Below, in pieces: positions 1 through 8,464 of a DNA stretch of 64,000 bases (positions are counted from its first letter, which is position 1; each line of letters starts with the position of its first letter). The translations under genes and the position numbers were made by a program. Origin of the DNA: a virus; the IMG/VR virus record IMGVR_UViG_3300047564_005433, positions 1-64,000 of that record; one strand, written 5' to 3'. Under the pieces are notes generated by a model. It searched no databases. It worked only from the letters and a program-made list of their open reading frames with translations, and was not told the DNA's origin.

Positions 1-1
1 T

Positions 2-222
2 TTTGTTGGCGCCAACAAATTGGTCTCCGCCTGAGAGCTAAGCTTGGGGGCGAATCACGCAAACGCGGCGACCAGAAATTTCCAGTCCGTGCGCTGCTCT
101 CCATTGACAGAGCAATGGAGGGAAGTGATGGCCTAAGCGTGAAGCGATTAACAAGAGCTAATCGCTTCAGAGGCTTAGGCTCTGTCTGCCCGATGCTAAC
201 GCAGAGCGGGAACTCGGTCAAT
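2..222. ncRNA. Candidate structured non-coding element downstream of RNR beta
   Basis: 18-bp palindrome 2-19; hairpin CTCCATTG/CAATGGAG 99-120; long hairpin 131-180 (GCCTAAGC..TGAAGCGATTA/TAATCGCTTCA..GCTTAGGC); no credible ORF. Confidence 0.45.
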
Positions 223-228
223 ATAACA

Positions 229-963
229 CTAGGCCCTGCCGTAGGAAGGCAGATTAGTATTGGCCGCCTCAAAGAACGCAGGCATTCGGCTGCGTTGCGT
301 TTCCGCAAGACCGTCTGCCTTGCCCTTCTCAAACAAGCTATCACTCTGCTTGAGCCAGAAATCTTTGTTTAACCATTTATTTTCGCTAGCGCCCAGCGCA
401 TCAAATGCCCACAATGCAGTGGCACGACGCAGTTTGTTCAAGCTCTGCCCAGCATTCTCATCAAGCTCTTTAGCAACAAGGCTATGCACGCCAACGTGGG
501 TAATCTCGTCACGACTAATATCAGCCGCCACTGTGCGAATGCCCATGTCTCCATTGAAACGGAAGAACGGCAGCACAACAAAGAAAATACTGCGCTCAAG
601 AATGGCAGCTTTCAAAATGGGATGGGCAGGATGCTCTTGCCATGCCTTCAAGATGCCCTCCACTTCCTGCTCGGCCTTTTCATTAGCACCATGAGCAGCA
701 ACGATGTAGTTAAGAGCTTGGTCATGCCGCTGCTCGTCTTCTTGGTTGTGCCGCAGTGCTTCCACCACTCCCGGAGTGGAAGGCAGATCACGCTGTAGCC
801 CTTGCTCCAGAAAGTCCTTTACGGGCAGCTCCAAGTGACGCAATGCCAGTAGCTTGCCCAAAGTGGCTTCACTGCCTTCCTGCACAATGCCCTTGTCCAC
901 GGCAACGGCCTGCCAAGGCCGTTTTTTAGCAATCATTGACAGATAGGGGCTCTTCGTCGTCAT
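229..963 (-). CDS. nrdB: Ribonucleotide reductase class I beta subunit (cyanophage type)
   Basis: Ferritin-like ligands LELPV, DEQRH, ILERS, RDEITH; directly downstream of RNR alpha; start taken at MTTKSPY. Confidence 0.85.
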   Translation of the reverse strand: MTTKSPYLSMIAKKRPWQAVAVDKGIVQEGSEATLGKLLALRHLELPVKDFLEQGLQRDLPSTPGVVEALRHNQEDEQRHDQALNYIVAAHGANEKAEQEVEGILKAWQEHPAHPILKAAILERSIFFVVLPFFRFNGDMGIRTVAADISRDEITHVGVHSLVAKELDENAGQSLNKLRRATALWAFDALGASENKWLNKDFWLKQSDSLFEKGKADGLAETQRSRMPAFFEAANTNLPSYGRA

Positions 964-1025
964 GGTCGTGGTATCGTTCAGTGGGTGTTGAGGAGAAAAG
1001 GGGCCTTCCGGCCCCTTCTTTTTTG

Positions 1026-2471
1026 TCATTCTGAGCAAGCAGCGCAGAATCCAGCCTCCAGCGAACAAGACGCAGAATCCTGCTCAGCCTCTTTATTGAG
1101 GCCAAACATACTCTTAAAATCGTCGTCCAACGCAGCATATGCGTCGTCCTTGCGCTGAGTGTCAGGCAGGACTTGCAAGCTGTAATAGAGGCTCGTCTGA
1201 GGAGAGTCTAGCCAATCCTTCAGGAAGGCTTCGTCATAAATCACCACATCTGACCAAGAATTAAACGAATAGCCATGGAAAAGACCAGTACGTTGATACA
1301 ACTGCACTAGCCCATTGGCAGCTTTATAAAACGCATCCCAGCCCACTTCCGCAGCAGTTTCCACTTCCCCGTAATCAAAGCTCTCCACGCCAAAAGTGCC
1401 GCTGTCGCGATCTACAGTCCGAGCAATGGGAGGGGCAATTTCAGGGGCAGTCGTAAAGCCACGACTGTCGAGATAGCGATAGGAGCAGGAGGCGGTGGGG
1501 GCAATGCAGAAGGCACGCTCCATGCCATGCTCGCGAGCAATATCAGCAGCGCCATCAATACCCTTATAGAGAGCGTAGACGGCTTTTCCGGCCACGGTGT
1601 CTTTCCAATGGTGCGCCCAAGGATGGGGATCGTCCACCAAGAAAGCATCAAGAGCTTCACCAAACTCTTTGTAGCTAATTCCATGGATGGAAAGAAAATT
1701 AGCCAAGCCAAGAATGCCGAGGCCTACTTGCTTGTCAATGGAAGGGGAAAGATATTCACCAGTGTCGCCCACGCCAGTGCGACCATGCAGTTCACAAAGC
1801 TGCGTCATGCCCTCGACAAATGCTCCTTGAATGTTATCAAGCGTGCATGCGCCCAAATTAACGTGCTGAAGAAGGCAAGTACCACGATGCGGAAGATAAA
1901 CTTCCAGGCAAACATTAGCCCGGATGCGCTTTCCACGACTGTCGTAGCGGATTTTGTTGAGCCAGAGATCGCCAGAAGAGACGGCACGAAGACAGGCATT
2001 GATCAGTTCAGGAGACGATGCAGAAAGGAAATTTTCATCAACGTTCAAGCAACGCTTCACCCAGGGAAGCTCACTGCGTGATGCACTAACAAATTCAATG
2101 GCGTCAGGAGAAGAGTAGTCAAGATGAAGAACTACGGCTCCATTCTTATACAAACCGCCCCTACGCAAGATTTCATTAAGCGTGGAATAAATCTTGCCAA
2201 AACTTACTGGTCCACTTGCCACGAGGCCTTTGCCATTTTCAGCCCCCCTCTCACGCAAAGAAGACAAATGAACAGCGACGCCCGCACCATTGCGCAAGCC
2301 GTGGCTAACAAACCGCCAAGACGCTTCAATGCCATCTTCGCCCTCCATTGAATCTTCTACGTTGAAGACAGTACAGCTCACTGGCAAGCGGCCATCAGGG
2401 CTGTCTAGCCAATCTTGCACGCGTCCTGTCCGAGCAATCGGCTCACATTTTGCCTTTTCCTTCAGCTTCAT
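1026..2471 (-). CDS. nrdA: Ribonucleotide reductase alpha subunit, minimal cyanophage type without ATP cone
   Basis: PVSC, NVCLEVYL (N-x-C-x-E), TCLLQHVNL, IAPTASCS, SLYY and C-terminal CAAC motifs. Confidence 0.92.
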   Translation of the reverse strand: MKLKEKAKCEPIARTGRVQDWLDSPDGRLPVSCTVFNVEDSMEGEDGIEASWRFVSHGLRNGAGVAVHLSSLRERGAENGKGLVASGPVSFGKIYSTLNEILRRGGLYKNGAVVLHLDYSSPDAIEFVSASRSELPWVKRCLNVDENFLSASSPELINACLRAVSSGDLWLNKIRYDSRGKRIRANVCLEVYLPHRGTCLLQHVNLGACTLDNIQGAFVEGMTQLCELHGRTGVGDTGEYLSPSIDKQVGLGILGLANFLSIHGISYKEFGEALDAFLVDDPHPWAHHWKDTVAGKAVYALYKGIDGAADIAREHGMERAFCIAPTASCSYRYLDSRGFTTAPEIAPPIARTVDRDSGTFGVESFDYGEVETAAEVGWDAFYKAANGLVQLYQRTGLFHGYSFNSWSDVVIYDEAFLKDWLDSPQTSLYYSLQVLPDTQRKDDAYAALDDDFKSMFGLNKEAEQDSASCSLEAGFCAACSE

Positions 2472-2557
2472 AAGACGACAAAAGGGGACCATGGTCCCCT
2501 GAGAATCAACAGAGGCAGGCTAGCGCAGGAAGCCTTCAGGAAAGAGGAAGAAAGCCT

Positions 2558-2749
2558 TTAATCGCAAAGGCCGTCTGAGTCTTCCATGGAGAGCAAATCA
2601 TTCACGAACAGGCGAGCCTCGTTTGTCGTGCGGAAATAAAAAGGCTTCCCATCAATAGCGGCAAACCATTGGAACTCCGGCTTGCTAAAACATGGCCACA
2701 ATTTATACGGGCCAATATTAAATGGCTGGCGATCAGGAAGGCCCCACAT
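2558..2749 (-). CDS. Hypothetical protein
   Basis: 63-aa ORF co-oriented upstream of nrdA. Confidence 0.6.
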   Translation of the reverse strand: MWGLPDRQPFNIGPYKLWPCFSKPEFQWFAAIDGKPFYFRTTNEARLFVNDLLSMEDSDGLCD

Positions 2750-2914
2750 AGAAGCTTTGCGAAGATTATCTCACGCTAGCCGTTATTAACAATTGCATAA
2801 GTGGCATTTAATACAAAATGCAGCTTTCCCATTGAATCCTTAAGAAACTTGGAAGAATTTAGTCAAAATGTTCGCCACGATACTGAAAACGCCACATTTG
2901 AGCCACAGTGCGAG

Positions 2915-3225
2915 ATACGATAGCCTTAGCGGAGCCGCTGACAACTGCTTGGAATGCTCCGTCGCAAGACGACGCTCCTCAGACGAGAGCCTCAAGCGAG
3001 CGTAGCCCCCAAGGGCGGAGCGTCTACTAACAAAAGGCTAAGTAAGCTGCTCGATCATGACCGCGAGCCCCAAAGGCGAGCTTTCCCTCCGAGCAGCGAA
3101 AAACAAAAGGCTGGTCCTGTTCCTAAGTAAAGGGCTTCCCTTCGTGCGCGTCGCTACCAAGAGAGTGCTAAAAGGCTTTTTTATATCAAGAAGGTCTAGC
3201 ACGGAGGCCTTAAGGCCTCCTTTCT
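2915..3225. other. Hairpin-rich non-coding block A (GCGTAGCCCCCAAGGGCGGAGC motif)
   Basis: No ORF of 60 aa or more; nested stems (CGTC-GCAA-GACG, GCTGCTCG/CGAGCAGC, AGCCTT/AAGGCT); motif recurs inverted at about 17230-17380. Confidence 0.55.
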
Positions 3226-3419
3226 CAGGAAATTAAACGATGGAAAGGGAGGTGATGTAAATTGTTTCGTCTTGCTCTTTGCTCATCGTTCTCCTCCTTG
3301 GGGAGGCTCACTAGCTTAACCATTGCCTAGGACGCTTCATCTGCGCCTCTGCGAGGCTTGATTCAGCGTGTGGCAACTAGCTTTTTGCTTGTTAGCTTTG
3401 CTACAACGCAACGCTTGGC

Positions 3420-3779
3420 ATGAGCGTCTACTCCCTGCAACCAACAAAGCTCTGCCAGCTTTGCAACGAAGCAAAGCCTTTCGTAGCCTTTCCTTCTCAG
3501 CCTCGTAATCGCGACCGTCTCGACTCCCGCTGTCGCACTTGCATTAACCAGCACCAATCTCTTCGCTCTCGCCTGAAACGACAATTCCCTGCCCCTCCTC
3601 CAGGGCCTTGCCCAATCTGTCAAAAACATACTGAACGCTGGGTGTTAGATCATTGCCACAATACAGACGCCTTCAGAGGTTATATTTGCTCCTCTTGTAA
3701 TCTTGGCCTAGGACATTTCGATGATTCGCCCGCCATGGTAAAAGCAGCTCTTGATTATTTGCTAAGTATAAATACTTAG
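3420..3779 (+). CDS. Endonuclease VII-family (HNH-type) nuclease with N-terminal zinc finger
   Basis: CPIC...LDHCHNTDAFRGYICSSCNLGLGHFDD matches the Endo VII pattern; N-terminal CxxC..CxxC. Confidence 0.85.
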   Translation: MSVYSLQPTKLCQLCNEAKPFVAFPSQPRNRDRLDSRCRTCINQHQSLRSRLKRQFPAPPPGPCPICQKHTERWVLDHCHNTDAFRGYICSSCNLGLGHFDDSPAMVKAALDYLLSINT

Positions 3780-3861
3780 ACGATTTTCCAGGTGAAAAAT
3801 GGCCCCACTTTTCGGAGGATATACCCCAGCCCCCCACTTTACTTTTGCCGGGTTACTGCGC

Positions 3862-3876
3862 TGTATCCGTTGATAC
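3862..3876. promoter_or_regulatory. NtcA-type box
   Basis: TGTA-TCCGTTGA-TAC = GTA-N8-TAC with extended GTATC/GATAC symmetry. Confidence 0.55.
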
Positions 3877-3901
3877 CGTTTCACAATACGTTACAGAAAA
3901 G

Positions 3902-3934
3902 TTTTCCACAGGCCTGTGGAAAAACTGTGGAAAA
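3902..3934. promoter_or_regulatory. Three DnaA boxes (TTTTCCACA)
   Basis: TTTTCCACA 3902-3910; TGTGGAAAA 3915-3923 and 3926-3934. Confidence 0.7.
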
Positions 3935-4015
3935 ACTCCTGCAATTGGAGAGATGCTCCCTAGATTCTCCAATCTCCTAGTGTTCACCGATCCTACGGAC
4001 TCTCGCCACACGGTC

Positions 4016-4108
4016 ACCCTATGGGCCCTGCAGGCATTGAAAAGGGCCCTTATGGGCCCTTGTGGCTGGTTTGATTGTGGGGCCCTTATGGGCCCTTGTG
4101 GGGCCCCT
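4016..4108. repeat. GGGCCCTTATGGGCCCTTGTGG direct repeats
   Basis: Two full copies plus partial copies, rich in GGGCCC palindromes, just past the GP88 stop. Confidence 0.75.
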
Positions 4109-4123
4109 CAGCATTCTTGATTG

Positions 4124-5035
4124 TCAGGCGATGCAGAATGATTCTTTATCGGCTGCGGTGTAGTTAATGCCGTGGGGTAGTTTGAAACGCAAGCCTACGA
4201 TATGGCCACCAGTTATATCAGACGGACGAAAATCAGTCAAATCACCATCTAGCACTGCGAACACTCTCCCGGTCATTCTGTCACTGGGTAGAAAATCGAA
4301 GCGCGAACAGTCAACATACTGAGGCAAATCCTGGCCACGTTTGAGAGAGAATGCGGCGGCCACGTTAACGCCAGATTGCAACGCGTCCCGGCAAATCTTA
4401 AGGTTCTGGGGATTGTTCCACCCGTCAAAACTAAACGTAAGATGATAGCCAAGCCGCTTACATTCTGCCCAATTGCGTTTGATTTTCGTATAATCATAAA
4501 ATTGCACCCTTGGCCCTCCATTGTTTGCGATGTAGTTAAACACTTCAAAGATGTTGCGCTTGCCGATAGGCAGATCCTGGCCAAACTTAACGCGGCAGAA
4601 TGCTGCAAACTCTGGCGTGATGGTAAAATCTACATTCTCCCACGCTATATCGCTTGTGCCGTTTAGTCTGATTGCAATGGGCTCGCCTGAATGTTTGGCA
4701 AGCTTGCCTAAGATTGCACAAACAATCAGCCGCGCAAATCTCTGTTTGTCTGCTGCGAATGCTAAAGTTCGGCGGATTCTTGCCGCTTGTTTGTTTGTCA
4801 TATAAACGGGGTTGCCTGCAAAATGTAGGCAAATCTTGCGACAATTTCCAGCGCCGGGGCAAACATTAACGCCACTGGTGTTGTCTGGGGCCAAATGTAG
4901 GATGTAGGTTTGAACTTTAGACTTCTCAGTTTTGGGATTGGTCGAGAGCAAATCACGGGCGCTGATTTTATATTGTTTGGCCATGGAAGCCAAATCAGCG
5001 GGCAGTTTGGCGCGACTGTTGATTGTTGCAGGCAT
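4124..5035 (-). CDS. GP88-family phage protein
   Basis: Cys cluster CPGAGNCRKICL plus IRLNGTSDIAWE, FYDYTK and DGDLTDFR motifs. Confidence 0.75.
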   Translation of the reverse strand: MPATINSRAKLPADLASMAKQYKISARDLLSTNPKTEKSKVQTYILHLAPDNTSGVNVCPGAGNCRKICLHFAGNPVYMTNKQAARIRRTLAFAADKQRFARLIVCAILGKLAKHSGEPIAIRLNGTSDIAWENVDFTITPEFAAFCRVKFGQDLPIGKRNIFEVFNYIANNGGPRVQFYDYTKIKRNWAECKRLGYHLTFSFDGWNNPQNLKICRDALQSGVNVAAAFSLKRGQDLPQYVDCSRFDFLPSDRMTGRVFAVLDGDLTDFRPSDITGGHIVGLRFKLPHGINYTAADKESFCIA

Positions 5036-5077
5036 GATTTTAGTTTGAGAATGTTTGCGGAATGTTTGGATGATTGT

Positions 5078-5260
5078 CTATTGTTCGCCTGGCAGTTTGA
5101 TCTCAAGAATTCGAGCACTCCTAAAAGCATTCAAGGCGCCCATAACTGCAGAACTGCGCGATAATTCGGGATTAACTCGCATACCCTCGCTGAACAACAA
5201 GAATGCGGCGTTAAATTCTGCCTCAGTCAGCGTAGGGATTTGGCGATTGTTTGTGGCCAT
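5078..5260 (-). CDS. Hypothetical protein
   Basis: 60-aa ORF (MATNNRQ) with AAACC-ATG leader like the other early genes. Confidence 0.6.
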   Translation of the reverse strand: MATNNRQIPTLTEAEFNAAFLLFSEGMRVNPELSRSSAVMGALNAFRSARILEIKLPGEQ

Positions 5261-5503
5261 GGTTTGAAACGGTTTGGAGAGGGTCGGTGGAATCGCTTCC
5301 GTCCGATGCATGCATCCTGCCAAATTTCAACGGGCTTGCATAGTGTGCGGTTTGGCAAACCGTCCACTGGTGTTAAGCGTTGCGGCATGGTACCAGGCCG
5401 CGCGATGCTCGCAACATCCGAACTAAAGAGATGAACGCGCCCGCGCGTACCATGGCAGCCGCCCATAGGTCAACCGTTGCAACATTCCGCAACATTCCAG
5501 CAA

Positions 5504-5856
5504 ATAACGCCATCGTGATAATGCAAACAACACAAGCGCAGAATCACAAACAACGCCATCGTGATAATGCAAACAACGCAAGCGTGATAATGGCAAGGGT
5601 ATCATCACGCCATAACGCTATCGTGATATCACGATTCCAGGCGCAAGCTTTTGTAACATTTCGTAACATAAGCTCAGCTTATCACTTCTATAAGCTTGGT
5701 TTATCAGTACAAACGTACTATGTGACAGTTGAGAATTGGCACAAGTACGCCTGTACTATAGTACGCCTGTACTACTATGCCTCTATGCGGCTATGCGCAT
5801 ACAACGATATCGCGATATGCGCATATGCGCATAAAAGCATATAACGGTAGCGTGAT
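5504..5856. repeat. Six copies of imperfect palindrome AYAACG-N4-CG(T/C)GAT
   Basis: Copies at 5504, 5550, 5573, 5612, 5801 and 5841. Confidence 0.75.
5706..5773. promoter_or_regulatory. Three cyanobacterial LexA-type boxes AGTAC-N4-GTACT
   Basis: 5706-5719, 5744-5757 and 5760-5773. Confidence 0.65.
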
Positions 5857-5897
5857 ACGATTTTATGATTTCATCACGATAAAATTTTAAAATTTTC

Positions 5898-5996
5898 CCA
5901 AGATACGCCCCTAGCCGGACCCAAGATACGCATCTAGCCGGTTCCAATTTTTCCTGATACGCATCTAGCCGTGCCCAAGATAGGAAACCAGCCGGG
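5898..5996. repeat. Four iteron-like direct repeats of about 23 bp (CCAAGATACGCATCTAGCCG)
   Basis: Copies near 5898, 5921, 5953 and 5975, preceded by an AT-rich tract at 5860-5897. Confidence 0.75.
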
Positions 5997-6017
5997 CCTT
6001 GTAGCCCGGCTTTTGCT

Positions 6018-6173
6018 TTACCAGCCATGCCCATCAAAAGCAGCCTTCACAGCCGCTTCTTCGCTTTCATACGGCCCTCCCACCCCTTCTCCATCGTCCT
6101 CATACCAATACCAGCCTTCAACTAGTTCAGTGCCTTTGCAGCAATCGTCGTTGAAGAAATCAATGAGGATCAT
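6018..6173 (-). CDS. Small acidic hypothetical protein (MILIDFFNDDCC...GHGW)
   Basis: 51-aa ORF translated by hand; start overlaps the upstream stop. Confidence 0.6.
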   Translation of the reverse strand: MILIDFFNDDCCKGTELVEGWYWYEDDGEGVGGPYESEEAAVKAAFDGHGW

Positions 6174-6436
6174 CAGAGAGGCCTGCCTAGATGTTCAATG
6201 GTTTCAATGCGAACAGTCCTATCAATGGTGAGAGTACCAATCAAGCCAATTAAACTCCCCTCGTCCATTGAAAAAGCTTGTTCTGCAAGGATACCCCATG
6301 CTTCACAAGGCACTGGAGTGGTTTTAGAGCCCCTGGCAATAACGATGTCAAAGGAAGCATGAGCAGAGCCATTGGGAGGCTCTTGATAATGAATGGGGCC
6401 AAGACGGCCAATAAGCGTCATTTGCCTGCTCATCAA
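6173..6436 (-). CDS. SSB/PriB-like OB-fold protein
   Basis: TLIGRLG...VPCEAWGILAE...EGSLIGLIGTL pattern of the SSB fold; lacks the acidic tail. Confidence 0.65.
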   Translation of the reverse strand: MMSRQMTLIGRLGPIHYQEPPNGSAHASFDIVIARGSKTTPVPCEAWGILAEQAFSMDEGSLIGLIGTLTIDRTVRIETIEHLGRPL

Positions 6437-6625
6437 TCTTCCTCGATAATGCGGAAATCAGGATCGTTGCCTTTCTTTATCCATCGGCATTGATTTAGCT
6501 CAGGAAACACCAAGAAAAGCTTATCGTGGTGATTTTGTTCAACAATGGCAGTGGTGAGCTTAGTGCCAATCCGGCTTTTGCCTTTCTTGCTAATTGCAAG
6601 GATGTTAATAGCGTCTTGCATGGTT

Positions 6626-6760
6626 TCAAAGGATGGTAATGAAGGAAAGGAAGAAGCTGCCTGCTTGTTTTGCTGCTGCTCGCAGGGCCTCGTCGTGGTT
6701 TGCTGCTTCAACGACAATACGCTGATTGTTGGAGCAATTGATGAAGAGAAAGCTTTTCAT
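6626..6760 (-). CDS. Small early protein
   Basis: 44-aa ORF directly downstream of a promoter module. Confidence 0.55.
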   Translation of the reverse strand: MKSFLFINCSNNQRIVVEAANHDEALRAAAKQAGSFFLSFITIL

Positions 6761-6770
6761 GGTTTTAGAA

Positions 6771-6848
6771 AGGAGAGGCTCGCGCCTCGTGAGATAACAA
6801 TACAGCATGAAGGGGGCCGAAGCCCCCTTATTAACAAAACGCAACAAT
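6771..6848 (-). promoter_or_regulatory. Early promoter module 1
   Basis: HLR1-like repeat 6831-6848, GC hairpin, -10 TATTGT 6797-6802, GNRA 5' hairpin. Confidence 0.7.
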
Positions 6849-6855
6849 GCCTTCA

Positions 6856-7158
6856 TCAAGCCAGTTGCCTTTGCAGGAAGTCCCAGGTCCACTTGCTCTT
6901 GGTGGAAGGGCGTAGCAGCTCGTAAGCCTCGTGATCGACGATGGTATCGCCTGCGCTGTCCACATGCCCTTCAATATCAAGCTGCCAGATGCCCTTGCAG
7001 GCCCCATCAGCCCCATAAATGCCGATGATGTGCTCTCTATCTTCCATGGCAAGCCTCACGTGGAAAATAAGCTGCTGGAGCGAAGCGGCCTGGTAGGAGC
7101 CCTTAGTGCAGGAGAAATACGGGCCGTTGTCTTGGAAGGTCTTGATGGTGGTGATCAT
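6856..7158 (-). CDS. Hypothetical protein
   Basis: 100-aa ORF in a tightly packed leftward run. Confidence 0.65.
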   Translation of the reverse strand: MITTIKTFQDNGPYFSCTKGSYQAASLQQLIFHVRLAMEDREHIIGIYGADGACKGIWQLDIEGHVDSAGDTIVDHEAYELLRPSTKSKWTWDFLQRQLA

Positions 7159-7397
7159 TGGTCGTAAGTGGAAAGGGGCTCGTCTTCAATGGAAAAGGCA
7201 AGTTGTTTGAGCTGATCCAGAGCAGCTTGGATAACATATCCTCTGCTAACAGAACTTTCGTCAAGCAGCTCTTCTAGCGCTCTAATTTCATCGTGCAGTT
7301 CTTCAATGGAAGAGAAAGTGCGTGCAGCATAGGGCACGCCATATTCATCTTCTGAAACAAAAGAAACGGGAAAAGGCATGGCTTTAAGGAGAAACAA
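7155..7397 (-). CDS. Hypothetical protein
   Basis: ORF with 4-nt overlap into the next gene; start uncertain. Confidence 0.55.
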   Translation of the reverse strand: MFLLKAMPFPVSFVSEDEYGVPYAARTFSSIEELHDEIRALEELLDESSVSRGYVIQAALDQLKQLAFSIEDEPLSTYDQ

Positions 7398-7626
7398 TGG
7401 TCCAGGAAAGATAGTTGTCAGAGTGACGAATAAGGCGAATGAATCCTCGCTCTTCGAGCTTTTCCATTGCCTTTAAATGATCTGCAAGTCTATTGCCTTG
7501 CAAGGGACATTTTGGAGCCTTGCATGGTTCATCTCCATGCTTTTTCTTGTGGGCTAAATAATGCAAATAGATGTTGCGTTGATTAATAGAAAGTGCAAGT
7601 TGTGAATTGTTCATAGTGCAGCCCAT
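7384..7626 (-). CDS. Hypothetical protein, possible winged helix
   Basis: HLKAMEKLEERGFIRL resembles a wHTH wing. Confidence 0.5.
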   Translation of the reverse strand: MGCTMNNSQLALSINQRNIYLHYLAHKKKHGDEPCKAPKCPLQGNRLADHLKAMEKLEERGFIRLIRHSDNYLSWTIVSP

Positions 7627-7810
7627 TCATGACGAATAGCGCGAATAGCTTTCACGTTCCAGCATTCAGGAAAACGATGCTCAGCCAGTGTTTTAGCTTC
7701 TTCTTCGCTGGTGGCATCAAGGTTTATAGTTTGCCAGTTGAAATAGATGTCGCCGTAGCGGTGCTCGATGGTAACAGAATAAGTGTGCATTGTTTTAAGG
7801 AAGGATTAAA

Positions 7811-8020
7811 TTAGCCTTGTGCGCAACGCATAGCGTCTGCACGAAGAAGTCTTTCTACTGCCTCTGCATCAAGATCTACGTGACCAAACGGGCTTTCGTA
7901 GTCACAAAAATAAAATCGAATGCCTTCTGCGAGAAGAAGAGAAAGCATTTGCTCTGGCGTGCGTAGCTCAGCGTTAGCGACGAGCTGCAGTGCTTTTGCT
8001 TGGGTTTCGTTGAGGATCAT
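7811..8020 (-). CDS. Hypothetical protein, possible ribbon-helix-helix
   Basis: LQLVANAELRTPEQMLSLLL; follows promoter module 2. Confidence 0.55.
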   Translation of the reverse strand: MILNETQAKALQLVANAELRTPEQMLSLLLAEGIRFYFCDYESPFGHVDLDAEAVERLLRADAMRCAQG

Positions 8021-8026
8021 GGTTTT

Positions 8027-8112
8027 AGAGGAGAGGAGAGGCTCGCGCCTCATGAAAGAACAATAGTCTGAAAGAGGCCGTGATCGGCCCCGTTGTAACA
8101 ATCAGTCACAAA
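8027..8112 (-). promoter_or_regulatory. Early promoter module 2
   Basis: HLR1-like repeat 8095-8112, hairpin, TATTGT 8060-8065, same GNRA hairpin as module 1. Confidence 0.7.
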
Positions 8113-8464
8113 GCTGAGTTTTGATGCCAGTGGCAGCAGCGTTGCGCCACAGCTCACGAGCCTCTTGGGCATCGTCAATACGCTTGCACCACTTATCTTT
8201 GCCCCACTCTTTCATTTGGCCATGGGAGGGGCTGGTGTAGGAGCGCCAGGTGCGACAACGCAGGAAGGCATGCCAGAACTTGCCATTGAGCATGAACACT
8301 TCCAGCACCACGTCAGAGCTATCACCAATGAAGCTCTTGAAAGAGATGGTGCCAGTGCCGCTGCAGGCGAAGCAATCGCCGTTTGCAATGTGGCTGAAAT
8401 GGGGAAGCTTGCCAGAGCCGTTGCAGACGGGGCAGGTGGCAGTTTCGTGAGTGGTGGTGGACAT
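8102..8464 (-). CDS. DnaJ-type zinc-finger protein
   Basis: CPVCNGSG and CFACSGTG (CxxCxGxG twice). Confidence 0.7.
   Translation of the reverse strand: MSTTTHETATCPVCNGSGKLPHFSHIANGDCFACSGTGTISFKSFIGDSSDVVLEVFMLNGKFWHAFLRCRTWRSYTSPSHGQMKEWGKDKWCKRIDDAQEARELWRNAAATGIKTQLCD

Noticed and set aside
1026-2471. Class II (B12-dependent) RNR
   Set aside because: An adjacent ferritin-like beta gene and the C-terminal YY pair indicate class I
3783-3840. cos site or physical genome end
   Set aside because: The C-rich tract and the change in sequence character are suggestive, but ends cannot be called without reads
5380-5844. 154-aa plus-strand ORF
   Set aside because: Runs through DNA dyads and repeats; protein is low-complexity and probably incidental
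5460-6000. CRISPR array
   Set aside because: Repeats are short, of several kinds and irregularly spaced, with no constant repeat-spacer period and no cas genes
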